A stretch of 64,000 nt of DNA, taken from assembly GCA_034226945.1 (NCBI GenBank), contig CP120455.1:248001-312000 (forward strand), in the 5' to 3' direction. Of the stretch, positions 36,310-46,042 are shown one piece after another; position 1 is the first letter of the stretch, and the number at the start of each line of letters is the position of its first letter. A model generated the notes under the pieces. The model was not told where the DNA came from and did no database searches. It saw only the letters and a list, made by a program, of their open reading frames with translations. Position numbers and translations under genes: made by a program. This DNA comes from Picochlorum sp. SENEW3 (taxonomy: Eukaryota).

Positions 36310-38276
36310 TTAGGGATTGGCATCTTTTGGCGGTTTGTTGCCATCAGTTGCAGTCTCAGGATCAGGCAGGTTCATCTCGATGGAACGCATTGTATAGAGT
36401 CCACTTAGTCTTCTCTCTGAACCTACAGTAATACCATCATAGCCTTGGTTCGTGTTAAGCGCTAAATCCAATGACATGCGAGCATGAGCATGCTTATCAG
36501 TCTGTGAATGCTCCTGACTGCCCTGATATAGCGCCGTGCAATGCCTGATATCTCTAGAGTGTACACTAGGAAAGTTGTCCAGCGATGGCTGTCCAAGCCA
36601 GTCAAGATAGTTTCCTAAATCATCTGAATTTGATTGAATACCATTCAAGGCTCCTCCTTTGGGATACTTGTCAGTGACCCGGGCATTCTGCAGGGCCTCT
36701 GCAGCAACAGGTGCAGCTTCGTTTGCAAAGGCGGTCGCCAACTCAACGTCATCAGGCGACTTTGATGCTGATGCAATTGCCACATGCGAATCATCTGACC
36801 CTACAAGAACAATTGGCCCTTTGCAAGATGCAAGGTAGTCTGTTTCGAGTCCATGGATTGACCACCCTGGGTGACCAGTACTTTGCCATGCCTGCATCCA
36901 TGCACCTCTCTGTGACCTGATCAGGTCCTGCTGCTGACGAGAAAGACGTTCAAACTTTACTACAGTATCACTATTAATACTTTCGGTCGAGAAATATGAA
37001 ATTGCAATGGGTAGAGTCATGTCGACATTGGCCCAACGACACGCAAACAAGAGACGGTAGTCCTGCAATACATTTGGATCAGGTTGCCAAGCCCTCAGCA
37101 TATTGTCAGGTATGATGCTCTTCAGAGCATGCGAACTCGTTTCAGCCCACTTATCGTCATTTAATTTCAGCATGTATTGTAATTTACTACGCAGTGCTGA
37201 ATCTTTGTTTGCCAACAGGACAAGCTCACAAAACTCCCCCACAGTCTGAATGCTTGTGTAGGGCACATCCAGGGATACCTTGAATGTCTTTTCACTTGCT
37301 TTCAAGTCCGCAAGCTTTTTCACAGTTTCCCGTCCCATATGCTTCAACTTACTCACGTTGTCACTGTAGAAAGGGAATTCAGCTTTTTCAGATGTTTTTG
37401 CTCTTCGAGTTGCTACACAAAAAGGTTCTGACACCGCAGGGACGATGCTGTATTTGGTGTTATCAGTCGTAGCAAATGCATACAGTCGTAAGGGTGGTTT
37501 TCGGCCGGACAAAAGAGCCTCGGAAGAGTCAGTCCACACAGCATCAGGCAGGTTTGAGGAGCCTTCATTTAACTGCATCGTGATCAAATCAGGAGAAGCT
37601 TCCCGCGATCTGTTCGCCGGAGCCAATAAAGATTCTCCTTTATTATTAGATAACAAGAAACAACCTTCTATCTGATCATGAGAAATACCCTGGTGCTCAT
37701 ACACCATCATGTCAAATGCATGACCGTCTATCCCACAGAAGTGAACCTTCAGGCCTGGGATGTTCGATGTGAACACCGATCCTGATCGTGCATCCACCAA
37801 TTCTACTTTAATTGGAGCACCGCATTTTGCTCGTAGCGTGTCATTGACAAAGTATCTCTGACAGAAGTTTGACAAGCATCTTCTCTTGGGGTTATTCCTA
37901 CATAAGGAGCAGCCCTCGTCCAGACAGCCTTGATACATGCACTCGTGGCGAAAGCGAAGGTGTAATTGCCTTGGAGTATTTAAGTTTGTATCCAGGCGTT
38001 GCGTTGAAAGACGACTCTCACAGTCCAAAATAGCGTCATGGAGGGAGACAACCTCCTCTTGGCTCAAATGAGGAGCCACCCTTTGCGAAAACTCTTGCGC
38101 AAACCGCATGGTTCTGCTCCTCAAACACTCCTGGAAAAAAATATGCATCGAGTGAGAGTTAATCCACGGGTATTTTGTGATTTAAAAAGGGGAAAAGGTC
38201 GTACTTCTATGTCTGTACCAGTGGCAGTGGTACTACAACGTTGCCCCACCCCGTCCTGAGGAACCGCACCAAACAT
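36310..38276 (-). CDS. CBP60/SARD1-like (calmodulin-binding protein 60 family) putative transcription factor; exons 38276-38205, 38130-36310
   Basis: Collinear CBP60 motifs: 'APIKVELVDA.SG', 'L..G...L.D..WTDSS', 'I.PAVSEPF.V...R', 'P...DNVSKLKHM', 'IQTVGEF..L', 'KW.....HA'. Confidence 0.65.
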
Positions 38277-38633
38277 TCCTCGAATCACTCGAATATAATT
38301 GTTTATATGTAACCAAACATTTAATGCTGCCGTACGGTTGCGTACAAAAGATGGCTTCGGAGTCTTGCGTTTGCGAGCCCGTCTGAGTCACAAGTCCGAC
38401 GTGGCGATTTATTTGGGCCTTATATAGAGCCTACTAGGCTGAGAAGCCAATAATTACCAATGTAAAAATCATCTGAAATCAAAGAATGTTTTCATCGAGA
38501 CGTAGTATTGTTAAAAATTGTGCTGTGTCAGGGTGCGTCGCGTCATCAATATGTAAGGCAATAACGCAGATGGATTTCCAATCGGCTCATCTCAACGATG
38601 GGAGTGTATCATCAATGTCAAATTTGTCTGACG

Positions 38634-39950
38634 TCAGATTGCGGCAGATTCCTCTCGCCCTGTCAAAAGTTCCAGACTTGTGTGGATATTCTTTTTCTTT
38701 GCACTTCTTGGCGCCTGAAAACCCCTCGAATCGCGCCTCTCCGTCAAAGGCCACCGTGGTTTCAAATCGAGCCAGTCATCAGGTTTGGGGGAGCCATCTG
38801 GCAAAAGACCATCTTTTTCTGCTTGTATCGGCAGGTTGGCCCGTGTGCGTTCAATAGCTGCCCACGCAACCATAACACCATTGTCTGTACATAGAGAAGG
38901 AGGCGGGCAGACCAAGGTGGCATCGTTGTCATGGCACACATCCTGCAGGCAGGAGCGCAGGTACTGGTTTGATGCAACGCCTCCTGCAACAACCAAATGG
39001 CGGATGTCCGGTTGCGTTTCACGAGCCCATTCAAATGCCCTTCGAACTCTTTCATCCAGATGTTTCACAGCCACCGATTGAAACGAAGCTGCAATGTTTG
39101 CCTTTGTGGCCTCTGGAAGATTTCCACATGCATCTTGCTCCTTTTCGATTGCAAGTCGAACCGATGTTTTCAGCCCAGCGAAAGAAAAGTCGCACGTCCT
39201 TCTCTTTTTTAGAGGAACAGGAAAACTATATGCGCTCTGATCCCCACTCTTTGCTATTTTTTCTACTGATGCACCACCTGATGGGATGAGGTCTATATCC
39301 AAAAGTCTGGCAATTTTGTCATACGCCTCGCCTAATGCATCGTCTAAAGTTGTTCCAAGCTGAACATACCTACCCAGTCCTTCCACGACCAGGAGCAGAT
39401 TGTGTCCTCCAGAAACCAGCAAACAGAGGAATGGAAACTGTACATTCTCTTCCTGGTTGGTCAGACGAGCAACAAGTGCATGGGCTTCCATGTGATGCAC
39501 TGGGATCATGTCGATCTTGTAATTACTACAAATTTCTTTTGCTTTCGTCACGCCCACACGTAGACAGAGGCTCAGACCAGGCCCAACAGTGACCCCTACT
39601 GCAGTGAGCTCTTGAGGTGACACCCCTGCCTCTTCCAATGCTCGTTCAACACAGCCATCAATGGCCTTCATATGGGCTTCTTGTGCTAGCTTTGGCACAA
39701 CGCCTCCCCATGCTGCGTGTATATCAGCCTGAGAACACACTATATTAGATAAAATAGCCCCATCCGTTGAAACTATGGCGACTCCAGTGTCGTCACAACT
39801 GCTCTCTATACCCATAATATAGGATTCTGACCTATTTGAGGACCTACATTGTATACTATGCACTCGATTGCAAGCTGAATACTGCCGCTGGGAAGAATGC
39901 AGCACAGAGAGTTGCCGTGCAAGGATTCGTGGCAAAGCTCTTCCAGCCAT
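38634..39950 (-). CDS. GCP1: Organellar tRNA N6-threonylcarbamoyltransferase (TsaD/Qri7/OSGEPL1)
   Basis: 'GIESSCDDTG', 'GGVVP', 'HHMEAH', 'LLVSGGH', 'DDALGEAYDK', 'FSFAGLKT', 'CTDNGVMVAW'. Confidence 0.93.
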   Translation of the reverse strand: MAGRALPRILARQLSVLHSSQRQYSACNRVHSIQCRSSNRSESYIMGIESSCDDTGVAIVSTDGAILSNIVCSQADIHAAWGGVVPKLAQEAHMKAIDGCVERALEEAGVSPQELTAVGVTVGPGLSLCLRVGVTKAKEICSNYKIDMIPVHHMEAHALVARLTNQEENVQFPFLCLLVSGGHNLLLVVEGLGRYVQLGTTLDDALGEAYDKIARLLDIDLIPSGGASVEKIAKSGDQSAYSFPVPLKKRRTCDFSFAGLKTSVRLAIEKEQDACGNLPEATKANIAASFQSVAVKHLDERVRRAFEWARETQPDIRHLVVAGGVASNQYLRSCLQDVCHDNDATLVCPPPSLCTDNGVMVAWAAIERTRANLPIQAEKDGLLPDGSPKPDDWLDLKPRWPLTERRDSRGFQAPRSAKKKNIHTSLELLTGREESAAI

Positions 39951-40125
39951 GCACGCGACTTCCAAGGACAGATATCGAGCAAATATCAATAACTTGATAT
40001 GAAACTATAAATTTAATGATCAAATATGGAGTTACATGTGATATTTTTGGTTCTGTTCGAGTCAAAGGGCGTTACATGTTTCAAGGGTGCCCAGATATAT
40101 ATACTGTTCGAAAACTCATACGAAT

Positions 40126-43100
40126 CTACTTCTTCAACCGAGACACTGGGACATATTTGATACCAGGAGGTAGTTTCCTATTGAGCTCTTCTGCCTCTGA
40201 TGAGTTCAGTATCAACTGCTGCTCAATTGTTGAGGGAACTCGCCTTGACGGCCTCCCTGTGTTTGTCCTTGTATCGTCAAGTGTGTACAGTGTTCCCTGT
40301 GCTGCTGCTGGCTTGGCATTAGCGGATGGCGCAGAAAAAGGTCCCAAACGTGATTTAGGGGTTTGCTGTTGCCTCTCTTCCATTCTACTCTGCCCGTGTT
40401 CACTAGGCCACACATCAGCTGCAATTTGATCAGGTGTGTATCCTTTGTCAGCCAAGGAGTTGATCCTCTCCACAAATTGCATCGCTTTTACGGGGTCCTG
40501 AAGTCGTTCTTTGAAGGTATCGGCCTGCAGTTGCAGGGACATTCTTTTCAGCTTTTCTCTGCGCTTGCATTGATCCAACAACACTCGGAGAGCTTCAAAG
40601 TTGACCCTCATGGATTCCATTTTGGCAAAGTCAAGTTCAAGCATTGAGAAATCCTGTAGCTCTTTTCTGCGTTGCTCTTCTTGCATTTTACGCTTATTGA
40701 CCCTTGTCTGTGCGCTCGATTTTCCTGCCAGAGCTTTGGCAAGTGCAACAGAATCCTTTTCTTGCTGCGCCTTGCTGTGTTTGGAACAGTAAATTCGATG
40801 ATGTTGGCCACCTTCTTCGTCTCGCTGAACGGTAAGGTATAGTCCACAGTTTCGTGCGCATAAAACATGGAATGTCGCAAGACATCCTGGTTCTGGGCAG
40901 TGGACAACTGCACCATCTTTCAGTCCACAAAGTACACAAGGAGTGGACAAGCGCTCCTCTGGGATATCCCATAAGCCTTCCACCACATTTGGCCCCATAC
41001 CATGCGATAGATATGTTTCTGGGTGCCACATGGCGCATGTTTGGTGGACCCATGTGGATCCATCTGATGACCTCCTGAATGCACCATATTTGATGGGACA
41101 GAGGAAGCACTTTACATCTTTAGATCCACCTGGAAGTCTACTTCGCTGCTCTGGCAGAGCATGTGGTGGCCTGATCTCTTCCTGTGTTTTGCCACTGGCT
41201 CTCAAACTGTCCTCATACTCTTTACATGGCCAGCAAAGCCATTCATGAGGAGGCACATCTGGAATGTCATAACATTTTTGATGGACTGCAACATCGCACC
41301 TGTCACAAAACAGAATGACGTTGGGCTCTGCAGAGAAACCATCACCACACACGGCACAGAAGGCTTCATCCTCTTCCTTTCGTCGTGCCAAAACATCATA
41401 GAGCTCATCTTCTTGCAAATGTGGGATTCTAAGACCCTCCATGCCGCTTTGATGCCTACCGAGAATTGGTCTATTTGAATTTGGCGAGGTGCTTGTCAAC
41501 GGATGGGTCCCAGCAGCACTCCGAGTGATCATATCCTTCTTATGTCTCGTCTCAGTCACCTTGGGGTGGTTGATTTTCTGCAGGTACAGACATATTTCTC
41601 ATTGAACAATCAGGCCATATCAATACCCAACTACCTGCAAAAGGTATACATCACAACGTACATCAAAGTATCTCTTTGCAAAGGCATAGTCACCCTCCTG
41701 CATCATTTTCTTTTCCTTTTGGCGAGGCAGGTCTTCCAGCATAGCCTCTAGACCTGGAGCCAATCGAGCCCTATTTGCACACATCACAGATATCAGTTCT
41801 GCCTGCAATGCTAATGTTTCAGCCGCAATTTCATCTTGGGGAGCTGCTCTAAGAACCTCAAGGTCTTTCACAGCACTCTTGTACAGTTTTCGTGGAGGTG
41901 CATTATCAAACTCACTATCAGGGACACCTTGGTTGATGGATCTCATCACATCGACTGACACCCTTTCTACATGCGTTACTCTACCATCTTCTATCTGATC
42001 TCCAGTTTCCTGAGCCGAAAAATCTGGCTCAGCTTTTACACCATTCACAATCTCATCCTGTGCGAGTTCTAGAACATTCACATTCCCTGCACATCGTTGC
42101 GCGAGGGAACCAGGAGGGTCGAGATAATATGCCTCTGATACAACTTCTTTGACATGCTGAGGCACTTTTGATTTGAGAAGCATGCTTGTCCAAGGGTGAA
42201 CAAATCGCGGATCTGGAACAGACGGAGGAGCTTTGGAGAGATCAATGGACGCTGGAAAACCAAGCTGTTCTGAAATGTTGGCAACTTGGTCCTTCAAGTG
42301 TTTCCTCAATGCAGGTCCATCCATAGATTCTAAATCGGCAACATCGACTCCATTATCCACGTGTACCAAACGTTTCAAACTCTTCATAGCCTTGGCCAAC
42401 TCGACAATTTTGGACCTTTCCAAAACATCCAGTGGAATCGTTGCTGGATGTCCCTCTGGTGTTAAAGAGACAGACATTTGAGCAGCAGGCCTCGGCGTAC
42501 CATCTTCAGCACCACTATCTATTCCTACCAATGATCCAGCAGTGCTCGATGGTGTCATGGCCTCCTGTCCGGAAAATCTACTCCTAGAGCCCGTGCCTGC
42601 AGAAAAGGGCTCATCCATCTTCAATGACCGCGGCCTTCTACTCCGTCTACCCGTGTATCCATCTTGAAGCATACTACCACCATCAAGCTGCTCTCCCCCT
42701 CCAGGGGTTGAAAACCCTGGGCGATCCGCATCCCCTTTTGCAGCCTCATGTATCACATCAACACCTGCCTTCCTACCAACATGCTCCAGCCAGAACGATT
42801 CATCATCTGCCAACGGCTGAAGGAACGATAACAATTCATGTACATCCTCCACTGTTATATTTCTAAAATAATCTTCCGTGTACAGCCAAAAGGCAGCAGC
42901 CTCCCCTGCCCCTTCCAGCACCCCCGGATACGGCCCTGACTTTTGAGCTGACACAGACACAACATCACCACCCAACGTGGCCACGCCCTGTTTCTTTTTC
43001 GAATCTTCTCGTGCATTCACATAGGATAGGGCTTCTGATAGTGTAGAAGGAAGATATAGCCTGCTCTTACGTTGGGGCAACGACCCAGCAACCTCTTGCA

Positions 43101-43314
43101 GTTTTCTTCGAACGTCTTCAGTCACACACCCGGCCTCTTCAAATGTAATCCCATCCACATCAATTGGATTTCTAATATCGTTCATTGCATTTTTATCCCA
43201 TATGGCCACCTCATGGACGCCGTAGTGAGTCGGAGCGGCCTTTTGTTGTTGTTGCCCAGAACTCCCCACCGCATTCACTGCCTCAGCGTTCCCTGTCATG
43301 CTAAATACATTCAA
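40126..43314 (-). CDS. PZP (PHD-Zn knuckle-PHD) chromatin protein with ADA3-like N-terminal segments, ~1034 aa; exons 43314-41662, 41577-40126
   Basis: PHD 'CAVC...CDRCDVAVHQKCY...WLCWPC', zf-HC5HC2H 'CFLC...WVHQTCA...CVLC...C...C..FHVLCA...YCSKH', BRPF/JADE-like 'RVLLDQCKRREKLKR'; phase-0 intron 41661-41578 fuses the two ORFs in frame. Confidence 0.75.
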
Positions 43315-44265
43315 TATAGTACTCTTCTATTTGATATGTCTTTAACTACACCAAGATGATGGGAAATTCGTGCATCTATTGAGCAGGACTGACTTGCAAT
43401 TGGTACATACGAATCGCAACCTTTCCTGCATATATCTGCCGATAAAGGGCAGTCCGCTGTGATTCTATTGAATTTTAATTTAATTAGGAAGATTATTGAG
43501 GCAGGTATTCTGGTTTCATGGACCATCGGCTTGTTTCGATGACTTCAGGCTGGACCGCTTGTGTTTACTGCAGGAAGCAAGAAGAACTCTGGGACTCTCT
43601 CATTCTATGCCGTGCATGTGGGCCCAGAATCAGAGAGCATGGTGATTGATTGATTTGTGCTTATATTTGATCACACGCGCGCGTGTGTGTGCCATATTGT
43701 ATGGATCTGTGATTGTGCATCTTGGCAGCTTGCCCAAGGATGAGACTACATCATTAGGATGATGAGCATTACTACTGGTTGACTTCTAGAATAGCTGCAT
43801 ACCTGGTTATAGGTTGTTCAAATACAGTAGAACGGTGTGGTCACGTTCGAACATGCCCCGCGGCGTGTGAAATGCCCAAAAGGAGCAGCCAGCATGTTGA
43901 TACTGCCTCATATTGCCAGTGTTGGACCAGGCGATGATTTGTCACATCATTCTCTTCCTGCTCTCTTTGAGTCATTTTCTAACAGTAGTGGTTGTGGAGC
44001 GCTCGATTTTTGGGGCGGAGATGACGGCGTATCAACGAGTGTCAATTCAGTAGTGGATTCGAATGTGCCCACGTAATCAAGGCCTTGCAAGGCACGGTGA
44101 AGCGCGGCATATGTCGCAGCGCCCTACATAATCCCGGATTATGGAGTCCATTCAGCATGTATTTTTTTCTACTACACAGATGCAATATTGATTTAAAATC
44201 GCATACGATAAAGAATTAATCTTTACAGATTTTGCAAAATCCCGGGAAATTTGTGAAACCGAATC

Positions 44266-45195
44266 ATGTCACTCTTAAGAGTGCCCAGAAGCTTCTGGGC
44301 GCTCGGACTAGTACTGTCGTTGACACCATTCGTTCGTTCTGAATGCTGCCTGGATAAAGATGTTGCTTTCTCTGGAACGAAAGTCATTCAAATGATTCAG
44401 GATGGTGACAGCTACTGGCGTCCTTTGTACGATAGAATGTGTCAAGGCTATCAAGTTTGTCCAGCGTCAGACTTTCCAAAGGGTTGTCAAAGGTATGACT
44501 CCGGGGAGGTGGAGAAAGATGGAATATCATACTGTAAAGGATTTTGTGATTCCATAACACCAGCAGATAATCCAGCTGAACTACTAACAACAGATGAAAT
44601 ACTAATTCTCTGCAAACCCTATATCTGTCTGCTGCCAGGGGAAACATCTGCGACCCAACCAGTAAATACAGCTTTCTGTCCTTCTAAATTTTTCTCTGGG
44701 GTCTACTGTAACAATCTTGAGGAGAGAGTCGGAAGTTATTGCTCTAGGGGCGAGTGCAATATGTTTGGGTGTAATTGCGACGGTGGTTGCATTGAGAGAT
44801 CCGGGAGAAAATTATCAGAGGTCACTGGTAATAAAACAACGAGTGAGGAAGGCGGCGTCGTCGGGAAATGTCAGCAAGCTATGATCGATAAATTCAATAC
44901 CTACTCGTTGACAGGGAGTCAGATCCGTGAGTATTTTGATTGTTTGGACTCTAACACCAACAATCGCCTGGATGCAGCCGATGAGGCACACAACTATGTG
45001 TTGAATCTTACCGGTGGATCGGAGAGATTGGCGGCTATGGATAGTGACGGAAGCGGTATGATAGATGCTTCTGAATTCGATTCTGATTTATCCGATGGTG
45101 TCCCAATGGAGACGGGCGCAGCATTGATCAGCACGTGCACCATGTTCCATCTCGTGCTCCTTGGTCTTGTGATTGCTGTTGTTCTCCCTTTCTGA
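44266..45195 (+). CDS. Secreted Cys-rich Diedel-like protein with EF-hand(s) and a C-terminal hydrophobic (GPI/TM) tail
   Basis: Signal peptide then 'ECC'; 'YCSRGECNMFGCNCDGGC'; EF loop DSDGSGMIDASE; hydrophobic C-terminus; intronless. Confidence 0.7.
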   Translation: MSLLRVPRSFWALGLVLSLTPFVRSECCLDKDVAFSGTKVIQMIQDGDSYWRPLYDRMCQGYQVCPASDFPKGCQRYDSGEVEKDGISYCKGFCDSITPADNPAELLTTDEILILCKPYICLLPGETSATQPVNTAFCPSKFFSGVYCNNLEERVGSYCSRGECNMFGCNCDGGCIERSGRKLSEVTGNKTTSEEGGVVGKCQQAMIDKFNTYSLTGSQIREYFDCLDSNTNNRLDAADEAHNYVLNLTGGSERLAAMDSDGSGMIDASEFDSDLSDGVPMETGAALISTCTMFHLVLLGLVIAVVLPF

Positions 45196-46042
45196 TGTTT
45201 CAGGGGAGCGTCTGCTTAGCGTACTTGATTTGAATTCTTTTACTGGATGAAGTATTATTATTATTATTGTTCTCCTTGGCGCACTGAAAGACGCGGAGTG
45301 TTTGCTTGCCCAAGGAAAAAAGAGTCATACGTACTCGTGCATCAGGCCCATGGCAATGCCAGAGGTCACATGTCTGTATTCATTCAACAGCGAACATATC
45401 TTGTCATACGAACCTATTGTAACAGTCTACCATAGTGCTTATTAAAAAGTAAACTTACAGAAGTCTTACATGCTGGTATTCGTTTGATTCAGGAACTTAT
45501 CTCTCTTCTTCATCCCCTTGCTGCTCTACTCACATACACCAAAGCCACCAATCTTTCGGATGGCCACATGTCATTTTGCAGGTATATCGCAGCCCTTCTA
45601 TGGGTGTAGATCTTCTACTGCTCGACTCCCTAGATCCATCAAGGGATCTCTTCCACAACTTGTGGACCACATCAAGGGAAATTAAATCTACCTTCCCTCT
45701 GTCTACTGCAAGGGGGGATGTATATGTGATACTGCTAAGATACGGGGACAACTTTTCTTTAATGAGGATCTATCAGCTCTTGTAGATGTTTTAGTTCAGG
45801 CGTTGCACCTCAATTCAGGCGGCATTGGTGGAACAAGACTGGAGTTGACTGTGGTCACATCTGTCTTTTGTAAAATTGGCTCATCGCTCGACTGCCGAAT
45901 CAGAGGATAATTATAATACATCATAACATTTTATATGGTAGATAAGGCATGGGATTCCCCGGTATGGTGAAAAATTAGTAGAAACACGTTCGATTGGACC
46001 GAGAAAGAAGGGCTGCTTCGGTGTGGTTGGTCAACGTATGCC

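Noticed and set aside
41630..41640. Juxtaposed acceptor/donor (TTTTGCAG|GTAG on minus) inside the PZP gene intron, like a recursive splice site
   Set aside because: Only ~27 nt from the donor, too short for a separate splicing step
43315..44265. Long intergenic region checked for ncRNA, telomerase-RNA template or transposon ends
   Set aside because: Only isolated C-box-like words (ATGATGA) with no convincing paired D box, terminal stem, USE/TATA promoter or terminal inverted repeats
45260..45297. Loose similarity to 47700-47738 (TTATTATTGTTC...GCACT...GCGG)
   Set aside because: Short, low-complexity match, and the second copy overlaps the ERD2 stop; likely chance
45196..46042. Second long intergenic region with short ORFs
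   Set aside because: No recognisable coding or RNA motif; probably UTR/promoter or unresolved Serinc 5' exons
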